From: an uncultured Spirochaetaceae bacterium
GTDB lineage: Bacteria > Spirochaetota > Spirochaetia > DSM-27196 > PWMO01
Direction: 5' to 3'
Assembly (NCBI GenBank): GCA_964413635.1
Contig: CAYPTH010000003.1
Span: 5,203 to 64,385 of the forward strand
Length of the DNA: 59,183 bases
How positions within the stretch are numbered: position 1 is the stretch's first letter; every line of letters begins with the position of its first letter. The position numbers and the translations under genes are program-made. Below are positions 26,163 through 35,405 of the stretch, piece after piece. The notes under the pieces were generated by a model. The model worked only from the letters and a program-made list of their open reading frames with translations, was not told the DNA's origin and searched no databases.

Positions 26163-27472
26163 TGACTTCACGATCTCGCACTGGTTTTGACGTCGTGCTC
26201 CTCGGCGCCTTCGTGACGCTTGTAACAATTGGTGTGCTCTTCATCTACTCGAGCGGTGTCACAAGCTCGGGCGAGGTCTTTAGTCGCGAGTACCTTCGAC
26301 AACTCATATGGGGAGGTACGGGGCTCGTCCTCCTTGTCGGAGTCGCCTTCCTCGACTATCAATGGCTCCGACGCTGGTCCGTGCACATCTTCGTAGCCGC
26401 GATTGTGCTGCTCATCATAACTCTGATGGTGGGAAAGGTCGTAAACGGTGCTCGGTCGTGGCTCGGCATTGGTCCCCTCGGTATTCAACCCTCCGAATTC
26501 GCGAAGGTCTGCCTCATTCTGCTCCTGGCGTGGTATTTGGAACGCCAGCGCAACCGGATCCAAGAGCTTCCGGTCTTTCTCGGCGGCTTGGCACTGTCCG
26601 TCGTCCCGGCCGGCTTAACGCTGATGCAGCCCGACCTCGGGACCGCCCTCGTCTTCGTTCCGCTATTCCTCGCCATGGCATTCGTTGCCGGCGCGCGAAC
26701 CAACCACGTTCTCTACGTCGTGCTTGTAGCGGGACTATCCTTTCTCTTCAGTGTCTTGCCCATATGGGCTCAGATGACAGGCGAGGGCGAGTCTCTGGTG
26801 GCCCAGGTCCTCAGGAACCGCAACCTCACCCTGCAGCTGCTGGCAGCAATCGCTGCGGTTGCAGCGCTGAGCGGGACAAGTTACCTCTTTCTGCGCCGGC
26901 GGTACCTGTACTGGATCTTCTATGGTGCCTCCGCGCTCTTTCTTGCAACCGCCGCGTCCATTCTTGCCCGCGAAGTCCTTCGAGATTACCAAATCATGCG
27001 GCTTGTCGTGTTTGTTGATCCCTACGTCGACCCTCGGGGCCACGGATGGAACATTATTCAGTCGACTACGGCAATCGGATCCGGAGGAGTCGTGGGGAAG
27101 GGCTTTCTCCAAGGGACGCACAGCCACTATCAGTACCTCCCGCAGCAGAGTACCGACTTCATCTTCTCTATCCTCGCCGAGGAGTGGGGCTTCCTCGGAG
27201 CTGCCTTCATTTTCCTTGGGTTTTTCGCCATTGTACTGCGCGGGGTTATTATCGCGCGAAACGCGAAGGACCTGTTCGGAGCCTATATCGCCACTGGTGT
27301 CGTCGGGCTCTTTCTCTTTCACTTCATGGTGAACATCGGGATGACGATCGGCGTCATGCCCATCACCGGCATCCCCCTTCTGCTCCTCTCACACGGCGGC
27401 TCGGCATTGTGGACGGCTTCTATTGGTTTGGGCCTTCTCATGAGCATCCACGGCCACCGCTTCAACTACTAG
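26162..27472 (+). CDS. rodA: SEDS-family peptidoglycan polymerase RodA
   Basis: Motifs IQPSEFAKV, MQPDLGTAL, TDFIFSILAEEWGF and GIPLLLLSHGGSAL. The ATG at 26162 overlaps the mrdA stop (TGATG). The track ORF start at 26039 lies inside mrdA. Confidence 0.9.
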   Translation: MTSRSRTGFDVVLLGAFVTLVTIGVLFIYSSGVTSSGEVFSREYLRQLIWGGTGLVLLVGVAFLDYQWLRRWSVHIFVAAIVLLIITLMVGKVVNGARSWLGIGPLGIQPSEFAKVCLILLLAWYLERQRNRIQELPVFLGGLALSVVPAGLTLMQPDLGTALVFVPLFLAMAFVAGARTNHVLYVVLVAGLSFLFSVLPIWAQMTGEGESLVAQVLRNRNLTLQLLAAIAAVAALSGTSYLFLRRRYLYWIFYGASALFLATAASILAREVLRDYQIMRLVVFVDPYVDPRGHGWNIIQSTTAIGSGGVVGKGFLQGTHSHYQYLPQQSTDFIFSILAEEWGFLGAAFIFLGFFAIVLRGVIIARNAKDLFGAYIATGVVGLFLFHFMVNIGMTIGVMPITGIPLLLLSHGGSALWTASIGLGLLMSIHGHRFNY

Positions 27473-27492
27473 ACACGCACGCCAGGTCGTCC

Positions 27493-30108
27493 ATGAATCA
27501 ATCAGTCGATCAATACAATACACGCTCCGCCGTTCACATACCGCGAGCCACATTTATGTCGGTTGACAATCCGGCCCGCTACGTTGGGGGTGAATACAAG
27601 TCGGTGCGCACGCTTCGGGAGCGCTTCGACGACCCGTCGACCCCCTACCTCGTTGCGCTGTGTTTTCCCGATCTCTACGAGATCGGCATGTCAAACACCG
27701 CGATAAAGATCCTCTACACCCTGTTGAACGAGATGGAGGGGGTCCAGTGCGAGCGCGTATTCGCGCCGGCACCCGATTTTGAGCACGCGCTGCGAGAATC
27801 GGGGACACCGCTGTACACGCTTGAGTCCCGTATTCCGCTATCACAGTGTGACATGGTCGCCTTCTCAGTAGGCTACGAATTGTCGGCAACGAACATCCTG
27901 AATGTTCTTGACCTCGGTGGCATCGAACTGAGGAGCGCGGATCGGGGCGATTCGGCGCCGGTTGTTATTGCCGGAGGCCCCGCCCTTATCAATCCCGTGC
28001 CCTTCGCTCCCTTCTTCGACGGGGTCTTCATTGGGGAGGCAGAGGGCGTCCTGCCGGACATGATTCGTGACCTCGTCGATGCCCGCACGCAAGGGGGTCG
28101 CGGCGCAGGAGACCGGCGGCGAGACGCCTCCCTTGCGGTGCTACGTGATCGGCCTGCGGTCTGGACAATGGACTCGCCCACAGCGACTCGTGCAATCTGG
28201 AAGGACTTTGGCGAGCGCGCGGTGAAGATTCAGTTTCCCGTGCCCAATACGCGCATTGTCCAGGACCACGCCACCGTCGAGATCATGCGCGGCTGTCCTC
28301 AAGGGTGCCGGTTCTGCAGTGCCGGCGTGCTCTACCGTCCCTTCCGCATGAAGCCCTACGAGGTCGTCGCGGAAGAGGTCGATCACCTGGTACACGCACT
28401 GGGGTACCGCAGCATAACGCTCTCTTCACTGAGCTCAGGGGACTACAAAGACATATACGACCTCTACGTCCGCTTGAACCAACGATTCGCACACGAGCGC
28501 GTTGCCTTTGCTCTTCCGAGCCTGCGCGTCAACTCGATGACGCTTCCACTCCTGGAGCAAGTCAACCACGTACGAAAGAGCGGACTCACCTTCGCTGTTG
28601 AGACTCCGGGCGAAGCGGGGCAGCGGGCATTGAATAAGCTCGTTCCGCTGGAACACACTCTGCGCATCCTCAAAGAGGCGGAAAGCCGCGGTTGGCGCCA
28701 TGCAAAGCTCTACTTCATGGTTGGACTGCCGGTACCCGGCCAAGAAAACGAGGTTGATGAAATCCTTGCGTATATTGACGAGTTGCAGCGAAACACGTCC
28801 ATTCGCTTCAACGTTGCGGTTGCGACATTCGTGCCCAAGCCACACACACCGTTTCAGTGGGAGCGACAGCTCACGGAGGAGGAAGCGCTCGAGCGCATTA
28901 TGGAGCTCAAGCACGGCTTACGGCGCCGGAAGATCAAGCTCGGGTACCAGGCGCCCTTTCACTCCGTGCTGGAAGGCCTTATCGCACGAGGAGATGCTCG
29001 GGTCGCCGACATTCTGGAAGGGGCGTATCGTGGCGGTGCACGCTTGGACGCCTGGGAAGACCACATTGATCACGATCTCTGGCGCCGAGTCCTTGCGGAG
29101 GACTCCGCCGAATTGGTGGAAGAGCTCCTATCGGCACGGGACCTGGACGACGAGCTCCCGTGGGGTGGGGTGAAACTCGGAACGGCAACCAAGGCGCTCC
29201 GCCGCGAGCGAGAGCGCGCTCGAGAGCGGACGCTTACCGACGCATGCTCTCCCAATTGCCGAGAGAAATGCGGTGTCTGCAATACCGAGATTGCCGCCCG
29301 GACTGTTTCCGTCGGGGCAGGTGCCCCCACCGAGCAAGGCGATACCGGATCCGACAAGGCCGCCACCGAGGAGCTGGACCGCCATCCGGTCATCCTTCAA
29401 TTCCACAAGCACGGTCGTGCCGCCTACATTGCCCACCTCAGCCTGGTCAATACCTTCGCACGCGCCTTCCTTCGGGCGGGCATACCGGTTGAATACACCA
29501 GAGGCTTTCATCCAAAGCCAAGAGTGGAGTTTGCGCAACCCTTATCTACCGGTGTTGAGAGCGATGACGAGTATCTCCGCTTTTGGCTCGCCCTCAAACA
29601 GGAGGGGGCTGTGCAAAGTTTCATACATGCTTCTAAAGTATGTGAACGTATCAACGAAGGACTGCCGCAGGGCTTGCGTGTGACCGAGGCCTGGGGTCAC
29701 AACAATGCGTCTAAGTATGATCGCACCGCACTGATGTCGGCGTACTGGGGTGGGGATTACGAGGTACAGGGTGAGCTCGATACAACAACGATCAGCGCCC
29801 TATCCGAGGCTCCGGAAATCCAAGAGCTTGATCTTGTTGCCGGAGCTCCATTCTCGGACGCCGACTCGGACGCTCAAAGAGCCCCCGACGGCGCCCAAGT
29901 GACCATTCGCATCCGGATAGACCGTTCACAGGGGAGTGGGCGAGGGCTAACCAAAATCCTCGAGAGCGCCCTCGGAACGCACCCTGTCCGCCACGGATTT
30001 TCCGTCACCCGGCTTCGATCGCTGGCCCGCGGGTCGCACGCCTCGAACCCACAGAGCTTTCGGGATCGCTTTCCGCCGGCCGCGCTGAAGCGCGCCGAGC
30101 AGGCTTGA
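27493..30108 (+). CDS. radical SAM protein (B12-binding-like N-domain plus CxxxCxxC core, TIGR03960-like) fused to a DUF2344/TIGR03936-like C-terminal domain
   Basis: Segments NPARYVGGEY, MRGCPQGCRFCSAGVLYRP, and in the C-terminal part ILQFHKHGRAAYIAHLSLVNTFARAFLRAGIPVEYTRGFHPKP. The start is ATG 27493 or 27556. The track ORF start at 27046 lies inside rodA. Confidence 0.8.
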   Translation: MNQSVDQYNTRSAVHIPRATFMSVDNPARYVGGEYKSVRTLRERFDDPSTPYLVALCFPDLYEIGMSNTAIKILYTLLNEMEGVQCERVFAPAPDFEHALRESGTPLYTLESRIPLSQCDMVAFSVGYELSATNILNVLDLGGIELRSADRGDSAPVVIAGGPALINPVPFAPFFDGVFIGEAEGVLPDMIRDLVDARTQGGRGAGDRRRDASLAVLRDRPAVWTMDSPTATRAIWKDFGERAVKIQFPVPNTRIVQDHATVEIMRGCPQGCRFCSAGVLYRPFRMKPYEVVAEEVDHLVHALGYRSITLSSLSSGDYKDIYDLYVRLNQRFAHERVAFALPSLRVNSMTLPLLEQVNHVRKSGLTFAVETPGEAGQRALNKLVPLEHTLRILKEAESRGWRHAKLYFMVGLPVPGQENEVDEILAYIDELQRNTSIRFNVAVATFVPKPHTPFQWERQLTEEEALERIMELKHGLRRRKIKLGYQAPFHSVLEGLIARGDARVADILEGAYRGGARLDAWEDHIDHDLWRRVLAEDSAELVEELLSARDLDDELPWGGVKLGTATKALRRERERARERTLTDACSPNCREKCGVCNTEIAARTVSVGAGAPTEQGDTGSDKAATEELDRHPVILQFHKHGRAAYIAHLSLVNTFARAFLRAGIPVEYTRGFHPKPRVEFAQPLSTGVESDDEYLRFWLALKQEGAVQSFIHASKVCERINEGLPQGLRVTEAWGHNNASKYDRTALMSAYWGGDYEVQGELDTTTISALSEAPEIQELDLVAGAPFSDADSDAQRAPDGAQVTIRIRIDRSQGSGRGLTKILESALGTHPVRHGFSVTRLRSLARGSHASNPQSFRDRFPPAALKRAEQA

Positions 30109-30132
30109 CAGGAAGACTGATTTTCCCGCTTG

Positions 30133-31050
30133 CTACTCGCGTTCCCGCTCCTTAACGCGACGCCACAGGGCCTCCAACTCCTCGATATCCCTCACGGAAT
30201 GATCCTTGGACTCGGCGCTCATACGCGCCTCCTTCATGACCGACGTGAAGCGCCGTTCGAACTTGTCGACTCCACGAGACAGGGCGAGGGAGGGGTCGAC
30301 TTTCAGTTTCCTCGACAGATTCACAACGGCAAAGAGAAGGTCACCGAGCTCCTCTTCAATGGCGGCATAGTCACTCCCGCCGGGCGCACGCGAGGACGAG
30401 CTCCCGCTCTCCGCTACCGTCCGAAGCTCGACGAGCTCTTCAGAGATCTTCTCAAAGACCGGAGCAACTCCCCACGCTTTCGGCCAATCGAAGCCCTCCT
30501 TGGCCGCGCTTTTCTGAACCCTCCGCGCCCGCTCGAGGGGAGAGACGCTCCGGGACACCCCTGGGTTCCAGGCGCTCCGACCCGAATCTCCCGTTGCCCC
30601 GGACTCACTTTCCGCCTTTTCCTGACGCTTGATATCTTCCCACTGTGCCTCTACCGCACCGGGGGTGCTCGCGTCAGCTCCGGCGAAAACGTGCGGATGT
30701 CGTCGCACCAGCTTCTCCGAGACCTCCTCGAACACCTCGGCGACCCGAAATCGTCCCGACTCCTCGGCTATCACCGAGAGCATTGCGTTGATCAAGAAGA
30801 GGTCGCCCAATTCCTCACGGATCGCCGCGCTGTCGTTCGCATCAATTCCTTCGACGACTTCGAAGCCTTCCTCGATCACAAAACGGCGCATGGAGGAAAG
30901 GGTTTGATCGCGATCCCACGGACATCCATCCGGAGCACGGAGCCGCCGGATGATCCCGAAGAAACGCTGAATAGCATGAATCTCCTCCGGTAGCGGATCA
31001 TCGCCGGCCGAGACTCTATCCGTGCTGTCTTGTTCATTATACATGTTCAT
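30133..31050 (-). CDS. mazG: nucleoside triphosphate pyrophosphohydrolase MazG
   Basis: Tandem MazG domains: RLRAPDGCPWDRDQTLSSM...EEGFEVVE, and ELGDLLFAVVNLSRKLKVDP. There is a Ser/Gly-rich insertion between the halves. Confidence 0.85.
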   Translation of the reverse strand: MNMYNEQDSTDRVSAGDDPLPEEIHAIQRFFGIIRRLRAPDGCPWDRDQTLSSMRRFVIEEGFEVVEGIDANDSAAIREELGDLFLINAMLSVIAEESGRFRVAEVFEEVSEKLVRRHPHVFAGADASTPGAVEAQWEDIKRQEKAESESGATGDSGRSAWNPGVSRSVSPLERARRVQKSAAKEGFDWPKAWGVAPVFEKISEELVELRTVAESGSSSSRAPGGSDYAAIEEELGDLLFAVVNLSRKLKVDPSLALSRGVDKFERRFTSVMKEARMSAESKDHSVRDIEELEALWRRVKERERE

Positions 31051-31219
31051 ACGCTTCCACAGATCAACCCACCCACCTGCCGCTATAAGTAGACAGAATA
31101 TCCATTATCAGAAGTTCGGGAGGCGAAAATGAAGCAGCCTGGAATCCTCTGCGCTTTTCCCTCACGCCACCTGCGCACTCGTCATCTGCCTACTCGCGTG
31201 ACCCTTTTCTATTGGTTTT

Positions 31220-31513
31220 CTATCGATCCTCGGAAATACGTGCGAAGACCGAGACCAGAACAACTGCGGTTATCAATGCTGGGAAGATATTTACGGCGTT
31301 GTTGAAGTTCGCAAGCGCCTCGATGATGTCGTTGAACAAAAAGTCAATTACGCCTCCCAAGAACGATCCGACCAAGCCGACAATCAGCGCGCCCCAGAAG
31401 CGACCAAGGAAACGCCTTCGAAAGATGTATACGTACAAAATGCTCACGCCGAAGCCAATAACGGCGTACGTGAGCCCCACGGTAAGAAAATATGTCATCC
31501 CCTGCTGTTCCAC
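31220..31513 (-). CDS. GlsB/YeaQ/YmgE-family small membrane protein
   Basis: Sequence FWGALIVGLVGSFLGGVI, with three hydrophobic helices. The track start at 31513 is GTG, and an alternative ATG lies at 31498. Confidence 0.7.
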   Translation of the reverse strand: MEQQGMTYFLTVGLTYAVIGFGVSILYVYIFRRRFLGRFWGALIVGLVGSFLGGVIDFLFNDIIEALANFNNAVNIFPALITAVVLVSVFARISEDR

Positions 31514-31523
31514 GCATTGTTCC

Positions 31524-32276
31524 TTACTGATCCGGCTGCAATACGAAGTATCCTAGAAACTCCGGTGCGCTGTAAATCCGTTCGAAAGCCAAGCCGTCAA
31601 TGCCGTAACCGAGTCCATACAGCGCGATATAGAGCTGTTGCTCAAATATCACCTGGTCGATGACCCTGCTGATCTGCTCTAAATCCTCGTCTTCTGCGCC
31701 ATTGTAGCTGCCGAGGATGAATCCCTTCGGCGCTTGGGAGTCCTCTTGGGGGACGGAACGCGCCAAAGGCTCTTCGTTGCCAAGCCAACGCGCCGACGCC
31801 TCGTCGGGATCTACGGCCGATACCAGTCCGAATGATAGCGTGACCTCGAAATCCTGACTTTTTGCGCTCTGCGGCACGGGGATTAGTGGCAGCTCCTGCG
31901 ATTCTACTGAGTCGCCGGAAGCGCGGACAACTCGCCGGTACCCTGTACTTTCGAGCACGCCCGTCCCCGGTGGGGACCCGAGGATTTGTTCTCTGTCCAC
32001 TTCGTAGTCTGTGCCGTCAGTTGCGTTGTTGTCGTAGAAGCGATAGTAAAGCTCGTAGCCCTTGAAGTCTTCCGTGTCGTTCGCTTCAACGTTGTGATCA
32101 AACGTGACAACCGGGAGGGACTCCAAATCCTGCCCATCGGTTTCTCCCGGTGGTCCAATGAACCCGGCACTCGGTATCCCGCAGCCCCACAAGAGCAGCC
32201 ACAAGAGCAGAATGGTACCGAAGAGTGGGACAAGCCCGAAGGCGGCCGGCGAGCCGCCGCGTCGCGCCTCGATCAT
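31524..32276 (-). CDS. hypothetical lipoprotein
   Basis: Signal peptide with lipobox-like LLLWGC. The mature part is acidic. ATGA overlap with the cyclase gene upstream. Confidence 0.6.
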   Translation of the reverse strand: MIEARRGGSPAAFGLVPLFGTILLLWLLLWGCGIPSAGFIGPPGETDGQDLESLPVVTFDHNVEANDTEDFKGYELYYRFYDNNATDGTDYEVDREQILGSPPGTGVLESTGYRRVVRASGDSVESQELPLIPVPQSAKSQDFEVTLSFGLVSAVDPDEASARWLGNEEPLARSVPQEDSQAPKGFILGSYNGAEDEDLEQISRVIDQVIFEQQLYIALYGLGYGIDGLAFERIYSAPEFLGYFVLQPDQ

Positions 32277-34660
32277 TCCCCGCCGTTCTCGACCACATCG
32301 ATGAGCTCGTAGATTACGACCGGACGGTTTTTTCCCTTAACGCGTATGTTGTCAAGCTCACGGGCGATCACCCGATCCTTCACCAGCCCATAGGTGTACT
32401 CGCTCATGATGATGTTCGTCCCGTACACCTTATTGGTCGCTTCGAGTCGAGCCCCCAAGTTTACGTTGTCTCCGGTAAGCGTATAGTTCATTCGACCCTG
32501 AGAGCCCATGTTCCCGACAGTCATAATCCCGGAGTTCAGTCCTATTCCTATATCGATGCGTTTCTGCTCGGGCCACTGCGCATTCAGCTCATGAAGCGCT
32601 GCCATCTGTTTCAGAGAGCATTCGCAGGACAGGTATGCGTGGTCCGCCTCCGGTAGTGGCGCTCCCCAGAAGCACATGATCTCGTCTCCAACGTATTTGT
32701 CCAGGGTTCCTCGATACTCCATGATGATGTCGGTCATTCGGGTGAGATACTCGTTCAGATGGTTTACAAGCTCCTGCGGCGTCATTGACTCCGACAGTGT
32801 GGTAAAGCCGCGGATGTCGGAGAAGAAGACCGTAAGCTCCTTATCCACGCCACCCAGCTCCGGTGGATTGTCCAGAATCTGGTCGACAACTGTCGGGCTG
32901 ACGTAGCGGCCAAACATGTCGCGAATGCGCCGCTTGTCTCGCTCTTCCGTCATGACTCGATAGACGACAATCGCAATGAAGCTGATGCCAATGGCAATCG
33001 CCGGTGTTACGAAGTCCAGGATAACCGCTTCCACATCGAAGAGGATGGTACTCGTGAGAAAAAGCGCCACAACCAGCACCACCGTCACGACAACCGACCA
33101 CAGCGTACCGATTCGCGCCGTGAAGAAGGCCACAATGAGGATGAGTCCCGCCAGAATGGCCAGGTTCACCCATTCGGGCACGTAGTGCAGAAAGTTGTCC
33201 ATGATGACGGTATTGAGGGCGTTCGCAAACATTTCAATTCCGTACATGAGACCGTACGGGGTCGGTTTCTCGTCGTCGACTATTCCGGCAGCGAAGGCAC
33301 CAACCATGACAATCTTATTGGCAAGAGCCTTTGTTGGGGGCCAGGTCTCCGGATCCGGTCCCGGGACGCGAGCAGCGTAGCCGGCGAAGGGGCGTACCGG
33401 AAAGGTCTGGTACCCGTCCCGGGCTGCACTCGACCGAACTCCCATGTAGTTGATGAGCATCTGTCCTTCATCATCAATGGGTATTCGGATCTCTGGGACC
33501 TCTCGATACACAGCCTCTTCGACGAGATTTCCCTCTTCGTCGAACGTGGCCGGCTCCGCCACGATCTGGTAAGGTTGCCACTCCCCTGTCTCTACGTTGA
33601 AAACCTCGGGACTGGGCAAAAGGATGTGGGAGCCGACTTCTACCTGGACTTCCTCGATCCCGACGTTCAGGTAATCCATGGCAAGGAAGAGCGTTATCGC
33701 GGGGATGAAGTGATCCTGGAAGCGTCGAATCAAGTAGATGCTGTCATCCGCCTCGCCATCGTCATTCGTGTCGATCATCTGCGCCGGAGCGAGCTCTTCC
33801 ATCTCCGTGCGAAGATCGGCGAGACGCTCCTCGGTCAGGGGATATGAGATGTTGTGCTGCCATCCGTCTCGGTCGAACCACGCCAGCCTTTGGTAAGACG
33901 AAGGGTCGAGCTCGTAGTCCGTCGTTAGATTGCGGAGCGGAATAGTCTCTACCAGCCGCGAAGTCTTCGCGATCATGGTCTGATGACGGTAGATGTCGTC
34001 GAAGTCGTCGTGGAAGTTCGCGTGTCCGTAACCCCGCGCTTCTCGCGCCAAGGGCTTTAACGGTGGATCCAATCCCATGTTGAGCGGCAAGTCCTGCCAG
34101 TCCCCGGTGACGTTCGTGATCTCGCCGACGTTCTCAAAGAAGGCGTCGTGGCGCTCAAAGAACTCCTGTGCCGTATTCGCCGGGGGCGGATTGAGCTTGA
34201 GAATGGTCTCAAGGAAAACCCGTCCGTTGTTCTTGATTGCTTGCTGGAGGAGCGCGTCATTGTGGGCGTTGTTCGAGGGCTCGTTTATGAAGACGTCGAG
34301 CAAAATGGAGCGCTCGCGTTCATTTTCATTGCGAATGCGCGACAACGAGTCCAAGAAGTCGGCCCATCGATAACGATCAAAGGGCCACCGCCCAAACCGG
34401 CTCAAGGTGCTGTTTTCTATACCCACAATGAGGATATCCGAGGATATCTTCGGATTGCGCTCAACCCGGGTGACGCCTTCCTGAATCGTCTCCCCGCGGA
34501 AGACATTCTTCAGGCGAAAGTGCACATCCAGCATCTGGGTCTCGAGGCGATCAAAGACTACCGTCGTGTTCCCGACAAGGACAATCGCCCCGAAGAGCAA
34601 CAAGCCGATGATCAATCCGAAGTACTTAACCTCGAATATCTTGGTCCTCTTCTGTTTCAT
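32273..34660 (-). CDS. membrane-bound class III adenylate/guanylate cyclase with periplasmic CHASE2 sensor domain
   Basis: Layout is an N-terminal TM segment, an extracytoplasmic region of about 430 aa, a 3-TM block, then the cyclase core (VFFSDIRGFTTLSE, GDEIMCFWGAP, GLNSGIMTVGNMGS, YTLTGDNVNLGARLE). Confidence 0.85.
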   Translation of the reverse strand: MKQKRTKIFEVKYFGLIIGLLLFGAIVLVGNTTVVFDRLETQMLDVHFRLKNVFRGETIQEGVTRVERNPKISSDILIVGIENSTLSRFGRWPFDRYRWADFLDSLSRIRNENERERSILLDVFINEPSNNAHNDALLQQAIKNNGRVFLETILKLNPPPANTAQEFFERHDAFFENVGEITNVTGDWQDLPLNMGLDPPLKPLAREARGYGHANFHDDFDDIYRHQTMIAKTSRLVETIPLRNLTTDYELDPSSYQRLAWFDRDGWQHNISYPLTEERLADLRTEMEELAPAQMIDTNDDGEADDSIYLIRRFQDHFIPAITLFLAMDYLNVGIEEVQVEVGSHILLPSPEVFNVETGEWQPYQIVAEPATFDEEGNLVEEAVYREVPEIRIPIDDEGQMLINYMGVRSSAARDGYQTFPVRPFAGYAARVPGPDPETWPPTKALANKIVMVGAFAAGIVDDEKPTPYGLMYGIEMFANALNTVIMDNFLHYVPEWVNLAILAGLILIVAFFTARIGTLWSVVVTVVLVVALFLTSTILFDVEAVILDFVTPAIAIGISFIAIVVYRVMTEERDKRRIRDMFGRYVSPTVVDQILDNPPELGGVDKELTVFFSDIRGFTTLSESMTPQELVNHLNEYLTRMTDIIMEYRGTLDKYVGDEIMCFWGAPLPEADHAYLSCECSLKQMAALHELNAQWPEQKRIDIGIGLNSGIMTVGNMGSQGRMNYTLTGDNVNLGARLEATNKVYGTNIIMSEYTYGLVKDRVIARELDNIRVKGKNRPVVIYELIDVVENGGE

Positions 34661-34678
34661 GGCGCCCCGCCCCGGTTG

Positions 34679-35386
34679 CTAAGAAGCTTCTTCTATGAGC
34701 CCCTCGGATGTGAGCCAGATTATACGGTCGCGTGCAAAGTTTGTCCAATTGCTGGAGGCGTACCCCTCCGTCAGTTGTCGGTAGTAGTCGGCCGCTTCGC
34801 TCCAGGACTCTTGGCTCTCATAGAGTCGTCCGAGGGAGAAGAGTGCTCGGGGGACCTCGGCGGCGCTGTCCTCTGAGTAGCTTTCAACTAGTCGCGTGAG
34901 CGCCTCAATGGCAGCGGGCCTTCCCCCGGCCTCCTCGTGCGCTGCCGCGGCGTTGTAGAGAGCGACGGACGCGAGGTGGCTTTCCTCGTTTTCGTCCGCG
35001 ACGGCAGTGTACCAGGTGGCGGCTTCGGTCCACTCTTCCTGCTGCCAGTGCAAGTTCCCCCGGAGGAAACGCGCTCGCGCGGCAGCGTAAAAACCACTGT
35101 ATCGCGACGTTAGATGGTCGAAGGCGGAGATGAACTCTTCCTCGATTTGCCCACGTGCGTCGTCGTCGGCCTCCTGCCACGCCGTGTAGGTTTCTTCGAG
35201 GTCCGCCAGTTGCTTCGCTGCGGCGGATGCCCGGTTGTCGCGAACCTCGAAGTAGACAAAGAGTGCCACGACAACAACTACCACCGTACCGAGAACAATG
35301 AGAAGCGGGATTCGATACCGTGTAATGAAGTTTTGCACCGCTTCGGAAATTGCGGCCTTGGTGTCTCGCTGAGGTGCGTTACTCAT
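34679..35386 (-). CDS. TPR-like protein with N-terminal transmembrane anchor
   Basis: TM segment is IPLLIVLGTVVVVVVALFVYF. Helical repeats follow (ARFLRGNLHWQQEEWTEAATWY..., ALFSLGRLYESQESWSEAADYY). SD AAGGAG lies upstream. Confidence 0.65.
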   Translation of the reverse strand: MSNAPQRDTKAAISEAVQNFITRYRIPLLIVLGTVVVVVVALFVYFEVRDNRASAAAKQLADLEETYTAWQEADDDARGQIEEEFISAFDHLTSRYSGFYAAARARFLRGNLHWQQEEWTEAATWYTAVADENEESHLASVALYNAAAAHEEAGGRPAAIEALTRLVESYSEDSAAEVPRALFSLGRLYESQESWSEAADYYRQLTEGYASSNWTNFARDRIIWLTSEGLIEEAS

Positions 35387-35405
35387 ACCCTCTTGCTCCT
35401 TGAAT

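Noticed and set aside
27046-27492. N-terminal 149 codons of the 1020-aa ORF. The same question applies to 26039-26161 of the rodA ORF, 57037-56975 of lptG, 58353-58264 of lptF, 58876-58754 of dut and 53332-53219 of the HEAT gene.
   Set aside because: These extensions lie inside the well-supported upstream genes in another frame. In each case a start codon abuts or overlaps the upstream stop (ATGA, GTGA or TGATG) and gives an N-terminus typical of the family.
31129-31305. A 58-aa plus-strand ORF with a GGGAGG SD-like sequence in the mazG-GlsB spacer
   Set aside because: More than half of it is antisense to the GlsB-family gene. The product is Arg-rich with no hydrophobic core or motif. The region is more simply the mazG promoter and GlsB 3' region.
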